Origin: Eledone cirrhosa
Taxonomy: Eukaryota
NCBI GenBank assembly: GCA_964016885.1
Contig: OZ024742.1
Location: forward strand, 334,552,001 to 334,616,000
DNA length: 64,000 nucleotides
Direction: 5' to 3'
In this document: positions 41,177-54,707 of the stretch, piece after piece
Layout: each line of letters opens with the position of its first letter
Numbering within the stretch: position 1 is the stretch's first letter
The notes under the pieces: generated by a model
The model's database searches: none
Told to the model about the DNA's origin: nothing
What the model saw: only the letters and a program-made list of their open reading frames with translations
Program-made: the position numbers and the translations under genes

Positions 41177-41507
41177 TTATGATATGGTACAATGTGTGTG
41201 AACGTATGAGAGTTCCGGTAATTTTGGTTCTGTATAGATGGGTTCCGGGTAATGGTGTTCCTCAACTATTTCAAATAAATCAAATTTAAAACTGTTCAGT
41301 GAAGTAACATTTTTAACTTTCGCGCCTAAAACAAATATAAGTTTCATTAAATGTTTGAATTCTTTCTGCTTCACCTGAACCGTTATATTAATTTCAAATC
41401 GTGATTTTTAAGTCATTCTAGCATTACTTAATATATTTCTAATTCATTAAATATCAGCTTCCGCTCATTTCCTAAAGGTAAAGTCTGATATTTGTTTGTC
41501 TATTTAG

Positions 41508-41690
41508 ATAACTGTTTCTACTTTAGGCACAAGGCCAGCAATTACCTGGTACATTACTGGTACTTTATTTTATCGACCCCGTAAGGATGAAAGGCAAAGT
41601 CAACCTCGGCGGGATTTGAACTCAGATCGTAAAGGGACGTAACTATGCTGGAAAGCATGGCGTCCGACCCTTTACCGATACTGCCAAATA
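41508..41690 (-). mobile_element. SINE family 1
   Basis: Consensus match. Confidence 0.9.
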
Positions 41691-41763
41691 ACTCATGCCG
41701 TCTATTTAGATAACTTACTCTAATTCACTGCTATAATATATCCTTTAATAGACAACACAAATA

Positions 41764-41847
41764 TACAGTGTGTCCCCCAAAATTGTATACACACTTTGAT
41801 TACCTGTACAGGCAATATTTATGTGAATGCTATGGGGACACTATGTA
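41764..41847. mobile_element. Tc1/mariner-type MITE relic
   Basis: TA-CAGTGTGTCCCC ... GGGGACACTATG-TA inverted termini. Confidence 0.6.
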
Positions 41848-42765
41848 TTTAAATATGTACATCTGGAAATCTAGAAAACTATTGAATCGATGTCCCACCT
41901 ACCTTGTCTAATATGTATATTCGGCATGTATTCTGGTTGCCCTGGAAGGAAAAGTGGTGCTCGAGGTTATCACAGGCTCTCTGAAACCGATGAGAGTGAT
42001 GTCATAAAAGTTCCTTTGAAACTGCTCAACTTCTGTTTGAAAAAACGAGCATAAGCAAGTAGAGAGGTCGAGAGGACCGACTTTCTGAGCAGCAAAAAGA
42101 GCTGAGCGTAATCGGGTAGTGCGGGACCTCGGAGGATGTACACAACAGGGATGCCTGAACAGAGAAGGCATGAGGTGAGCAAACACCGAAGACCAGAGAC
42201 CTGTTGAAATAACGGTAGAAGGGGTAGAGCAAAGAGACGGCATACATGTGACTCAGAGGATGGAAAATATCTTTAAACGAGTTTATGAATATTTGCCAAG
42301 TGATGTTTTTCTTAATGTGGTCTAAATTGCCAGTATGAAACTTCTTCAGAGGAAAGTTCTTCAGTGTAGGTCTCCCCAGAATGTTGTAGAGGAATATTAA
42401 TTGATAGGAATTGGCGTATTATATTACCCTGGCTACACGTGTCAGCCTTTGAAGTGCGGTCTTAACAATGTCATAAGCAGCCCTCATTGATTTTGAGGCT
42501 CACCATTCGTGCCTATAGTGAGGTCTCTAGTTGGGTGCTTCTCATGTTTATGTAGTGTATAGGGCGATGATAGTTTCTTGAAATGAGCAATACTTGAGTG
42601 TTCGTTTTTTTTTTCCTTTTTATTTGTTTTTGTGTTTTCTTTGTGCGTATGTGCTTGTGTGTGTGTGTGTGTGTGTGTATGTGTGTGTGTATGCACGCAT
42701 GCACGCATAGTTTGCAGTTGACAGGAGGGGGACAGGAACTCAATGCTTGGTCTGGCAAGATTATG

Positions 42766-42912
42766 TAATAATTGTTTCTACTTTTGGCACAAGGCCAGCA
42801 ATTACCTGGTACATTACTGGTACAGTTGACCTTAGAGGGATTTGAATCAGATCATAAAGGGACGTAACTATGCTGGAAAGTATGTCCGACTCTCTACCGA
42901 TACTGCCAATTC
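42766..42912 (-). mobile_element. SINE family 1, internally deleted
   Basis: Consensus match lacking part of the core. Confidence 0.85.
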
Positions 42913-43918
42913 GTAATAATGAATGGTGGCATCATCTTAAAAATGGGTTTCGTTGGCCTAGATGGCTCGTGGGTCAGTGATGTAGACAGAGAAGAATCAA
43001 AAGTATAAAATTGAACTCTAGCGCATACCGGGATTGGTACATTGAGGGACAAAGAGATCACCGTCAACACACGCCGCAATAATACTTTGTGACAGGATGT
43101 TATCGACATAAAATACGATAGATGAATGAAACCTACAGTCTCATTTACCTATATAAAATATCATCATCAAGGGTCCTACTTAGGTTGGAGAATTCTAGCA
43201 TTAATGTGGTAACTTTTCTTTTTGCATTAGTTTAGCTTTAGTGATGTTTATGATAGTAAAAACAATTTAATAGAAAAGAAAAAAATACATTGAGCAGAAA
43301 GAATGGAATGTAAAATAAGAACATTTAATAAACGGAAAAGGGAGGAAAGGCAAGGGCTCTAGTGTCACAGAAGAGTGAGGAGGGGGAAGGGAGAAGGGAT
43401 GGGCTCTGGGCTTAGGGCGCGGCAGTATTGGGGCTGCACCCCCGTGGACAAGATCGCAAAAGCAAAACTATTCATCAGTTAACTATGAAACACGTGTTTC
43501 CCAATGGGCCAAGTGTAGTTAGCATTTGGTTAGTGTATTTCAATGGCAGGCTCACACGCACACACAGAGATTTCTAAGACAAACATATTCTGAGGTTAAC
43601 AAATCTAGGACAATAATGTCAAGTCAAGAATTTACTAAACTGATCGCAATTAATCATCTGTTCTTCAGAGCCTTAAACTTTAACTTTCCTCTGAGATAAT
43701 CTAATTTAAATCTCTGAGTATTTAGAAAGTCAAAGGTCACTTTAAACTTAATGACTCCTTTCAATACTATAGCATGTAAGTTGTAAATTCTCCTTGCCAT
43801 AACTTTGACAAACATGCAGAGATAAATAGAGTATAATGGAAGATTCAATACCAGCAATCTAACTTAATACAGTCACTGAAAGGAATAATGCATTATATAA
43901 TTTAATCAGCAATAGTGG

Positions 43919-43983
43919 ACGATAGTGACGTAGTGGAAGTATCCTGGACTCAGAAGTCCGTAGATCGAAACTACGCTCTAATA
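43919..43983 (+). pseudogene. tRNA-iMet pseudogene lacking the anticodon loop
   Basis: AGTGACGTAGTGGAAG...CAGAAGTCCGTAGATCGAAACTACGCTCT. Confidence 0.8.
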
Positions 43984-45283
43984 TTTTTATTTTATTTTAC
44001 TTTTTCTACTCATAATTATCTACACGCAGTTATCTAAAATTATACACACCTTGTATAATTTGACATACAAAGTTATTGAAAGCGATCGAATAGTATTACA
44101 TATTAATATAATTTCGGGAGAAACCTTATTAATAGATAACTTATTCAGTCTAGGACAATTGTTTATTGTAACTAAAGTTTCCTTATAAGGGATTACGATG
44201 TTCACAGTAGTTGAAGGATTCACTTTTCAAACCATCATTAATAGACTATGCTGGAAGCAGAGAACCTCAACATTAACGTGGTAATTATTAACGTAGGTGA
44301 ACTGTACCATTTTGAGGCACTTATAGGTATGTACATATGGGCCCGAAAATCCTGATGGAGTTGTAGGGTACCATCATAACATAAGGCGTGCCTTAGTCAC
44401 TTTAAATGTGGTGGAAACCTTTCACTCTCCAGTTCTAGAATGGAGCTAATTTCTTCAAAAGGGAAGGGCGAGGAAGTGAGAAAAAGATACGAAGAAAGAA
44501 TCGGCTCCTATACCTGAGTGTTAATTTTTAATGGAAATCGAATGGATGAAAAACAAACTTGACCTTGGTGGGATTTGAACTCAGAGAGAGCAGAGAGCTC
44601 AATCGAGTACTGCAAAGCATTCTATCCGTCGTTTTAGTGACTCAGTTCACGCCTGTTTTACCTATAAAACTGCACGACATTTCTTATTTACCAGTAAGCA
44701 AACAACTGGAACACTCATCATCGAATCTGACGGAGATCCATTCCATTCTCTTTACTAGTGAACAGTACCATCAACCCGGTACCAATGTCGGTACGTCATC
44801 AATATCACAACTATTGATATTTTGTGAAACAACTAACAATATCTCCACTGAGGTATCTAGATATATTAAGGGTGAACACCACTGTTTAAATATAAATAAC
44901 TTGTCTATGAACAAATCTCAATGCTGGTGTCAGAATACAAAACAGCGAATTACTAAAACAAGACCACAATGCTTGTCAGAAAATACTAGTAGACGAGATT
45001 TTTCTAAGATGATTCTATCATGGTATCAGCTCCGAAGAAACATACCGTAGCATTGATCTAGTAATGTTGCTGTCATATCTCCAATATACACCCACTGCAA
45101 CAAAATACATAATAGATTATATAGATTAAACCGAACGACAATATGTAATCTTTTGTATTGTCAATAGAAATCAATATTATACTAATGGTAAATCTAATAA
45201 AGCGTAATGAATTATGTAATACTTTATATTTAATATAGCAGTCTCTCAATAATACATTATATTTACGCCTAAAATTCTCGTTA

Positions 45284-45355
45284 AGCAGAGTGGCGCAGTG
45301 GAAGCGTGCTGGGCCCATAACCCAGAGGTCCGTAGATCGAAACTACGCTCTGCTA
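45284..45355 (+). tRNA. tRNA-iMet: initiator tRNA-Met (CAT), intact, opposite orientation to the main array
   Basis: Identical to consensus; T6 run at about 45370. Confidence 0.97.
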
Positions 45356-45963
45356 AATTAAAGTATTTGCTTTTTACTTGCAACATATATGATTGGTATA
45401 CTAAAAAGTATTTATAATTATAACTATATTTTAGTAATTTACGATACGTTGAATTGGATATGTCTCAGTAACTTCACACTAATAATATTATTTTGGGGGA
45501 TTAAAATAAACAGGAAAATCTTTAAAATTCCAATGTTAACAAATCATCATAAATATTTATCTTTTATTGTTCACTTTTAAAGATATTCTCATGCAATGCC
45601 ATATAAATCTTAAATCTAACCATAATTCACATCACTTTCTGCTTCCTATTTTGATTTATTCATCATATTCTTCATTTACGAATGGAATTAAATTGTCACA
45701 AGCGAATAGAATCTGAATTTGAACAAATCACACAAGCATATATACTTTCCTTATGCATATTAACGGCTGAGCAACCTAATTTGCATATCGAGTGGGTTAA
45801 TCGGCCGGGCGTACCGAAAACGATAAATGGAAAAGAGAGAAACAAAATTCCATTTCTCATCTTAGTACGGCTGATATCTAAATATAAGTATGTATACGTA
45901 CATACATATATGCATAAGGAAAGTATATACTTTCAAACATTCAATCATCTGACAGAAAGGTAT

Positions 45964-46006
45964 ACGATGCTGACGATAGCTAATAAGCTTAAAACTAGTA
46001 CATCGT
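45964..46006 (+). ncRNA. type I hammerhead ribozyme copy with G12A (predicted inactive)
   Basis: Same as 46396 but GAAA is changed to AAAA. Confidence 0.75.
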
Positions 46007-46395
46007 TCCTGTGTCAGTGTTGAACAAAAGGGCGACGGTGGTTACCGAGCACTGTACGGCGTAATTCGGGCTGTTTGTTTACAAACAAACCGAACATTAT
46101 AATAAATGTTCGGTAAAACCATACGTACATGTATATATGTGTGCATGTATGTATATATATACATACTATTGTAGTCTGTATACATATATGTATGTACGTA
46201 TACATACATACTTACATTTAAGTATCAGCCGTACTAAGATTGAGAAATGAAATTTCGTTTCATTCTTTTCCATTTATCGTTTTCGGTGCGCCCGGCCGAC
46301 TAACTCACTCGATATGCAAATTAGGCAGCTCAGCCGTTAATATGCATAAGGAAAGTATATACTTTCAGACGTTCAATCATCTGGCAGGAAGGTAT

Positions 46396-46438
46396 ACGAT
46401 GCTGACGATAGCTAATAAGCTTGAAACTAGTACATCGT
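46396..46438 (+). ncRNA. type I hammerhead ribozyme, core intact
   Basis: ACGATG-CTGACGA-TAGCTAATAAGCTT-GAAA-CTAG-TA-CATCGT: 6-bp stem I, AGCT/AGCT stem II, palindromic short stem III; stem I extends via CAGGAA/TTCCTG. Confidence 0.88.
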
Positions 46439-46742
46439 TCCTGTGTCAGTGTTAAACAAAAAGGCGACGATGGTTGCCTGAACACTGTACGGTGTATTTC
46501 GGGCTGTTTGTTTGTTTACAAACGAACAAACCGAACATTATAATAAATGTTCGGTAAAACCATACGTACCTGTATATATGTGTGCATGTATGTATATATA
46601 TATACATACTACTGTACGTCTGTATACATATATGTGTGTACGTATACATACATACATTTAAGTATCAGCCGTACTAAGACTGAGAAATGAAATTTCGTTT
46701 CATTCTTTTCCATTTATATATATATAAATATATATGTATATA

Positions 46743-46843
46743 TAGGGTGTCCCCAAAAAAGGTATTGACACTTTAACAGCTTCTAATGAATATTGCCTGC
46801 ATAGGTAATCAAAGTGTGTATACATTATTTGGCACAACCTTTA
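46743..46843. mobile_element. Tc1/mariner-type MITE relic, related to 41764
   Basis: TAGGGTGTCCCCAAAA..GACACTTT / AAAGTGTGTATACATTATTTGGCACAACCTTTA. Confidence 0.55.
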
Positions 46844-47399
46844 ACTTCCACCAGGAAATCTTTCGTATCATTGACATTTTCTTTGCTTCTTGCATTTAAA
46901 TATTCTACGACTCTCTACCACTTTTCCTCTACTACAATCTTCTTACACCACCTTCTTCTTCTCACCCGTCTATTTTTCACTCTCACCCTAGTACCTTCAA
47001 TATCTAATGACATTTTTTCCAATTCCAACCAGCCCGTCCCCTCAATCTATCTTATTTCTCATTCTTTCTTCCGATGAAGGACTAGCGTCCTATATATATA
47101 TGGAAGAAGCAAACAAGGTGGGAGATTCTTTTTCAGCTATTTACGATATTCCGAGTAGGATATCGCGAGAAATCTCAAATCATCAGGAGACTTTCTCGGT
47201 CAGAAAGAAAATTCAAGAAAAGAATTCATAGCCGTTCGTTGTAAGTAAACATTTCAAATGGAACAAATATCACGTGACAAGTGACCAACAGGGGGTAGTA
47301 AATGTGGCCATGGCAGGCGACGTGCTACTAGAAAAAGTAGTTTGATTCGGCCAAATTTTGACTCTATCATAAGGGAGTGTATTATAAATTAAATGAAGT

Positions 47400-47586
47400 G
47401 GCGGTGGATTGGCAATATCGGTAGAGGGTCGGACGCCATGCTTTGACGCATAGAGTTACGGCCCTTGCCATTCTGAGTTCAAATCCCGCTGAGGTTAACT
47501 TTGCCTTTATCCTTACGGGGTCGATAAAATAAAGCACCAGTAATGCGCTAGGATAATTGCTGGCCTTGTGCCAAAAAGTAGAAACA
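47400..47586 (+). mobile_element. tRNA-derived SINE family 1, full length with 19-bp TSD
   Basis: GGCGGTGGATTGGCAATATCGG A-box, GAGTTCAAATCC B-box, TTTGCCTTT(C)ATCCTTACGGGGTCGATAAAAT core; TSD ATTATAAATTAAATGAAGT at 47381-47399 and 47587-47605. Confidence 0.95.
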
Positions 47587-47790
47587 ATTATAAATTAAAT
47601 GAAGTATATATAAATATCTACACAAGTATAGATACATACAAAGGCGTCCAAGCGTTACTAAGTTTGGTTCTATGATAGAATTAACAAAATCAACATTATA
47701 GTAAGTTGGTAAAGATATTTTTCTTATCTTGTTTGCTTTTCCTATATATGAATTTATTAAACGCTGAATGTGTTGATTTTGTTAATTCTT

Positions 47791-47872
<82 letters not shown>

Positions 47873-48371
47873 CTCTGGTTATAGCTCTGGTTTATCCAAA
47901 CTATTGAGCCCTCTGCCACACATTTCGAAGATTGTGTTTCGTGATTTCGTGGGCTGAGATTCCGATTCTCGATTATTTATTTCTCTCTATATATATATAT
48001 ACAAAGAGCGAGAGAGAGAGTGATAAAATACCGACAGCGCCGCCATGCCGTTTCGGCTTGTGTGTTCGGCAAGCCTTTTTCAAAAGCGTAGTAATATCTG
48101 TAGGGTATGAAAAAAATAGGCCACTGGTTTTGGTAGTGCTTTGGTTTATCAACGTTTATCAAAGTAGTAGACTGGTGAGTATATCCAGACAGACAAGAGG
48201 TCAGGAGAGTGGGTAGCGATGCTTAGTGGGTAGGAATGGAATAGTAAAAGGTCTTAGAAATAAAGGGTGGAGGGGCAGGGTTATTTACAGCCGGAGCTTA
48301 TAGGCTGAAGAGTTAATAGTTATATAGGAGTAAATTAGCAGACGATTGAATATAATACATACATATATATA

Positions 48372-48598
<227 letters not shown>

Positions 48599-48635
48599 TC
48601 TTTACATATGGATGTATATTTGAGACTAAGACAAA

Positions 48636-49280
48636 ATATCTGGTAGAGAATGTTGGGAGGCCAGAGGAGATTACTAATGTAAGCGGGAAGCCTCTAGAAT
48701 TGGTTGAGGACTTCCTGTATTTGGGAGGAAAGATTTGGAATACGGAAGATGATGTGGTTGAGAGGAAGAGCAAAGCCTGGGTGGCGTGCAACAATTTGAG
48801 ATCGGTGTGGAAGTCGGACCTTCGTGTAGACCTGAAGATCCGCCTCTTCATTGCTGTAGTGGAGTCTGTGCTGCTTTACCGGTCTGAGACTTGGATACTG
48901 ACCAAGAAACTCACCCAGATGGTGGATGGATGCTACACGGGAATGCTGAGGATGGCTCTGAACATTAATCAGTATACATTGAGGATGAAAAACTCAGAGC
49001 TGTATGGGAACCTCGCAAAAGTCAGCTCAAAAGTGACACAAGGGAGACTGAGGTTAGCTGGACATGCTCACCGACATCCAGAGGTGATACTGTACTCAGT
49101 GCTCCTGTGGGAGCCCCTGCATGGACACACTGGAAGTGGAAGACCAAGGTTAACGTATGTTGAGGCCCTAAGGACAGAAACTGGTCTGTTGGAGACATGG
49201 CAGCGATAATGAGGGACAGAGACCACTGGAGAGAACTCGTCCATGGATCTCGGGAATTTTACCCGCTCTAGATGAGATGA
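48636..49280 (+). mobile_element. RTE-clade LINE 3' fragment
   Basis: LELVEDFLYLG...KAWVACNNLRSVWKS...KIRLFIAVVESVLLY.SETW...MLRMALNI...RLRLAGH..RHPE...GRPRLTY; short AGATG tail. Confidence 0.9.
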
Positions 49281-49311
49281 TATATGTATATATACTGTAT
49301 TAAAAGTTTCG

Positions 49312-49360
<49 letters not shown>

Positions 49361-49389
49361 ATGTATGTATGTATGTATGTATGTATGTA

Positions 49390-49613
49390 TGGCACAGGCA
49401 TTGCTTTATATCTGGAGATCTCTCTGCACTTGTCGTCACATGGTACCATGGGCCCAGCACTATGTGTCAATAATTGTCACAAGTGGAGTGTTTGTACCAG
49501 AGTTTTCAAGTCGCTGGCTGGACTAAAAAGTCACACTCGTTCAGCGCATCGGTAGGGGTTCTCCTACATGGATATAAAGTAGTGGCCGTACTCGAAAACG
49601 AGTTGGCAGCCAC
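49390..49613 (+). mobile_element. second copy of the 34.7-kb repeat (3' part)
   Basis: Direct alignment between the two loci. Confidence 0.75.
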
Positions 49614-50676
49614 CATGTATGTACGTATGTATACACAGTGTGGAAACCGAAACTATGCCAATGTGTATATAAATATACATATTTCTAATATATAGATACT
49701 TATAGATGCCAAGAAATATGGATTTCCCTGTTAATTGAAAAAAGTGTTAAGCACTTTCATTTGATTTTTGAAACTATATGGGTCTCATCAAAAGGCATGT
49801 GTATCATCCAAACAAAGTTATATTAATTTATGTATGTATCTTACTCTCATATGATTAATTTATTCAGCTTTTCAGTATATGTCCTTCTAATGAATTTTCT
49901 GTGGTCAGTTTTGTATTAGTAACCAATGAGTTAAACAATATTTATTGTTCCTGAGGAGATTGTTTTAGCATCGCTAATAAATATTATTTTTAACGTCAAT
50001 TTTTAGTTTTAATTGTTTTAATGGTAATTGTAAAGTAATTGTATTTTCGTCTGCACCAATAGAAATATATGTCAAAATTAAATGTTGTGAATTTGATATA
50101 TAACTTGGTATAATCATTCTCTAATCTCATATTATACTCTCTAGTAGTTTTGTTTTGAATTGTACTGATCTTAGACAATGTCTCACTACGTTGGAGTATC
50201 TCGTCTTTAATGATTGCTAATAAATATATAATATTGAGCTTATCCATATCTTGATACAGATGACTTAAGTGGATACATCCATTTATAATCCAATTCTTTA
50301 TACTTATTATCGTTCCTTTTGTTGAACTGAACATTCTTCATTCCGTCAAGATGTTATTCAAAGATTACTTACCAATACCCCTACGAAATATACAAATACC
50401 GGATAATAAAACTTAATTAGAAATTCTTGAGTAGTGTTAACTCATTCCTAAGACGTGTAAGATGGAAACTATTCTGTTGTGATAAGAAGAATGAAATGAA
50501 ACCACCTAAGAACAAAGCACCTTCAAATAAATATGGATTTAAAACTTACCGGAGCCCACAATATTACATCTTGTTAGACAATTCTTAAATAGAGGTACTA
50601 ATTTGCGTCTAATTAGGTCTCGTGTTCGTAGTTAATTAACATATGTATTAACCCTTTACATTATTCTATATATAAG

Positions 50677-50868
50677 GGCGGTGGATTGGCAGTATCGGTA
50701 GAGGGTCGGACGCCATGCTTTGCAGCAAAGAGTTACGGCCCTTTATGGTCTGAGTTCAAATCCTGGCGAGGATAATTTTGCCTTTCATCCTTACGGGGTT
50801 GATAAAATAAAGTGCCAGTAATACACTGGAATAATTGCTGGCCCTGTGCCAAAAGTAGAAACAATTAT
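50677..50868 (+). mobile_element. SINE family 1, full length
   Basis: Same consensus; flanking ATTATTCTATATAT duplication. Confidence 0.92.
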
Positions 50869-52000
50869 TCTATATATGCTATTGTATTTCAGGGTAAAGT
50901 TATCTTATATAATTATCTCACATAATATCGAATCTATGAGGTTTTGATATTATTTATTTTGAGAACAATACCTTTATGTTGGTATGAGGGGCCAGTTACA
51001 GCCGGTTTGGACAGAAAGAGGTGAGAGAATTCTGGTGGGATATGGCTGGTTTAAATGCTAAAGGGTTATGGAGTGCGCTAGCAGCTGAAGTGTATGATAA
51101 AGTTATATCTACATATAAAAATGAGAGGGAAACCAAGACTGCACCAATTTCTATAGAAATATACACACTTCTGCAATGTAGACATGTAAATATACCATGA
51201 AATACGAATTTCCCTGTAAGTTGAAAAGATGATAAACACGTATAATCGATTTAAGGAGCTATTTGCGTCATTATCAGGAGGCGTGTATATCGGACAAACA
51301 ACAGCTAGAATGTATATATATATATAAGGTTACTTTTCAATATATATATGTGTGTGCGCGCGCGAGTGTATGTGTGTGTGTGCATGTGCGTGTGTATGTA
51401 AATCGTTAAAAATATTCGATAGGTTTCTGGGATTCTGCAGAGACACATTCCAAGTTTCATAATGTATATGCAAGTCAGTGATGCACCTTTTGAAGGAACA
51501 GGGATATCCCGTCGTCAACAGGTTTTACGTTCCATGTATCCGATTTCTTCGGGTTTGTAGACAGAATTGTGTCAGTTTACCTTGTGTCAGTAATCTGTGT
51601 CAGTAAACTTGGCAGTGAGTTCACGTGAACTTTCTCAAAACGAGGAAGGTCAGTTGGCCAATGTTTGGCGGGTACATTCCAAGTGTGGACAAATGATTTT
51701 TTCCCAGCCTCGAATAAGCTCTCAACTAGGTTTACAAACCATCAATTAAATAATTAATTATAAGGCCCAGGAGAAAATGATGATAATAATGAGTATAACC
51801 GAAGTTGAAGCTGTGCTATAGCACATGTCAATCGAATTATAAGAGGCAGTCATGAAACACTCAATGAGGGAGGAATTGATATATTTCCAGCCAGAACGAA
51901 CACAAAATGTTAAAGAATTGTGATACCAAGAATAAAGCGACCAGAAGCATGTTACTACAATAATACAACAACATCGATATATACAAACAGGTCGAACAAA

Positions 52001-52250
52001 GGCGCATGGCATAATGTTTGAGGTTCCACGACGATCGAAAATCTGATAGTCGGTTTCCTTGGTCAGTGACGCGTTGGATCACTGAGCATGACATTATATT
52101 TCACGTAGTTCTAGTCTACTCAGCTTGGTAAGTGAGTTGCACCTGTAATTCAAAACGACAGCCACATGGACGTTAATTTTTGTCGATCAAACAATTTTTC
52201 CCTTGTTCAGACAACTGGAACACTCGTCCTCGGAGCCGACGGTGAGACAA
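52001..52250 (+). mobile_element. SINE family 2, degenerate
   Basis: GGCGCATGGCATAATG head; TGAGCATGACATTATATTTCACGTAGTTCTAG core. Confidence 0.65.
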
Positions 52251-52653
52251 CAATATATATATATATAATTACCTATCTTCCAATGTTTATAAAGAGTGAG
52301 AAAATTATACGAATTGAGTCTTTTCTCACGGTAAAAACCAGATGGCTAATCAATAATGACATATACCTGACAGCTTGTCAGCAGGTGCAGTGTCTTTTGG
52401 GAAAATTGTGAACCATTTCTCACAAATTCATAGTTTTCAGCATTTTGTTCGTTATTTTTGAAAATTTTCAAATTTTAAAACTCATTTCTAACTTACAAAC
52501 ACTCACACTCACCCATAAATCTTGTGTGCTTGTTATTATGTATGTATATATACTTATATATTTATGCGTGCTTTGTTAGTGTGTATTTATATATTTAGAT
52601 ATTTATGTATGTGTGTGGGTGTGTGATGGGTGTATGTTGTTATACACACACAG

Positions 52654-52706
<53 letters not shown>

Positions 52707-53516
52707 GATAGATAGATAATATGAATTAGCTTGTATAAATCTAAAAGTGCAAATGAAAACATATAACTACATATATGTGCGTAAATATTTATACACATAT
52801 AATTGTATGAAATATGTCTACATTAAGGTAATTTTTCATTTCTTCGTAGAACATATATATAGCAACTTCGTGTTTGTGTAATGATATAGATGCAATTATG
52901 GAAACGACACCTATATATATAGTACATATAGTAAGAGTGTGCGAAAGTAATGGATAGGAAAGATATGTAGCTTTAGTTGTGTGCAATATATTTTTTGTGT
53001 CAAGGGATATTGGTTGTCAAACTGCCACATATGATCACTACATAACAGTTGTCGATAGTTTTTTTTAATTTTAAGTCAACCATCTTTAATATACGCCCGG
53101 CATACATAGACACATACATTTTCCGACTTTTACTTTCGTATTGTTCCTGAACTTGTATTTATATATTTGCTGATTATTATAGTTCAGCTGAAAATATTTT
53201 CCTTATTTCTACTAGTTTGCTACCGTTTCTATAGTTGTTGTAATTGTCATCGAGAGATAAATTGTCAAGGAGTGTAATCGGTTTATTTATTTGTCATTAA
53301 TATATTGGGTGTTTATTTTAACTGTTGATGGTTCACTCCATATATCTATTTATGTACGCGTTTTATATATTCTAAACTACCACAGCTTCCACATTTGAAT
53401 TTACAGGCACAAACAAAAACACGAGTATTAAGATATACCCACGCATTACAGAGACAGTGGTGAGATTTGCATTTTCTCTGATAAATATAAGAGAATTTGA
53501 TCAAACCATAAGCCCA

Positions 53517-53712
53517 GTAATAATTGTTTCTACTTTGGGCACAAGGCCAGCAATTAGCTCAGTACATTACTGGTACTTTATTTTATCGACCCCGTAAGGA
53601 TGAAAGGAAAAGTTAACCTCGGCGGGATTTGAACTCAGAATGGCAAGGGCCGTAACTCTATGCGTCAAAGCATGGCGTCCGACCCTCTACCGATACTGCC
53701 AATCCACCGCCC
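53517..53712 (-). mobile_element. SINE family 1, full length
   Basis: Same consensus on the minus strand. Confidence 0.92.
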
Positions 53713-54094
53713 TCCGTGTAATAATGCTCTTAGGTTAATAGTGTCATTTAACCATGACCTTTTATGCCTCATTCAGTCATGACTGAGTATGAAGATGCTG
53801 CTGAGCTGCAATGGCTCTTCCAGCGCATCACCCTCACCATACTCCTATATAAATCAAGATGGATTCAGTTTGAAAGTGGTTATACCATTACTCTACAGAG
53901 GACTCAATACTTAGAATAGTAGAGTATGGTTTTATTAAAATTAGTCGGGACTCCGACGGCTGCGTACCTGCGGTTTCAACAGCTTGGTCCAGACACGAGA
54001 TGTAGCTGTTGAAACGACTGGTGTGTGTGTATGTATATATATATATATATATATATATGCAACCTGCAGTATTCTTCTCCCCATTTTTTCACAG

Positions 54095-54141
<47 letters not shown>

Positions 54142-54183
54142 AAGATATTAATAAATGAAAAGTATATTTATAAAACCATATTT

Positions 54184-54246
54184 ATTTTATTATATATATT
54201 TCAAGGGCGACAATGACAATCTTGGTGCGCTTTCATCAGATAAAAT
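54184..54246 (-). ncRNA. hammerhead in a solo PLE-like tail within (TA)n (related degenerate copy 34525-34586 +)
   Basis: ATTTTAT-CTGATGA-AAGCGC...CGCCCTT-GAAA-TATATA-TA-ATAAAAT. Confidence 0.65.
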
Positions 54247-54249
54247 ACA

Positions 54250-54303
<54 letters not shown>

Positions 54304-54327
54304 AAGCCTTCATCAGATAAAATACAA

Positions 54328-54367
<40 letters not shown>

Positions 54368-54565
54368 GAAATATATATTATTTCTGAAGACAGCATATAT
54401 ATGTGTAGGTATGTATATTCCCTCTGATAGTTTGTAAAAATTTTACATAGATCTATATGATATACATACCAACACACACATATATATCCTAGAAACGATC
54501 GTAAAATGATGAATTTATTAATATAAGGAACTGTTTCTTTGTTTCTATTGATTATTTTATTTATG

Positions 54566-54615
<50 letters not shown>

Positions 54616-54707
54616 AAAGAATAGAGGTGTAACACACAAGTTATTATATATTGGTAAACGGAATAGAAAATGCTGACAAATTGTTCACAGTTGAAAAATG
54701 GTTTAAT

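Larger units (their letters stand above)
45742..46716 (+). mobile_element. non-coding hammerhead-containing tandem repeat (retrozyme-like), 432-nt unit, preceded by an inverted partial copy
   Basis: Direct repeats at about 45908-46339 and 46340-46716; 45742-45912 is the reverse complement of about 46176-46361; (TA)n tail. Confidence 0.8.

Noticed and set aside
41908-42250. GC-richer segment with overlapping ORFs (HYPITL motif)
   Set aside because: Possibly a LINE endonuclease relic, but too degenerate to call without a search.
44559-45050. 163-aa ORF
   Set aside because: It starts inside a degenerate SINE at a TTG and shows no protein-like motifs.
49996-50334. 112-aa ORF
   Set aside because: No recognisable domain or splice context; likely a decayed retroelement or chance ORF.
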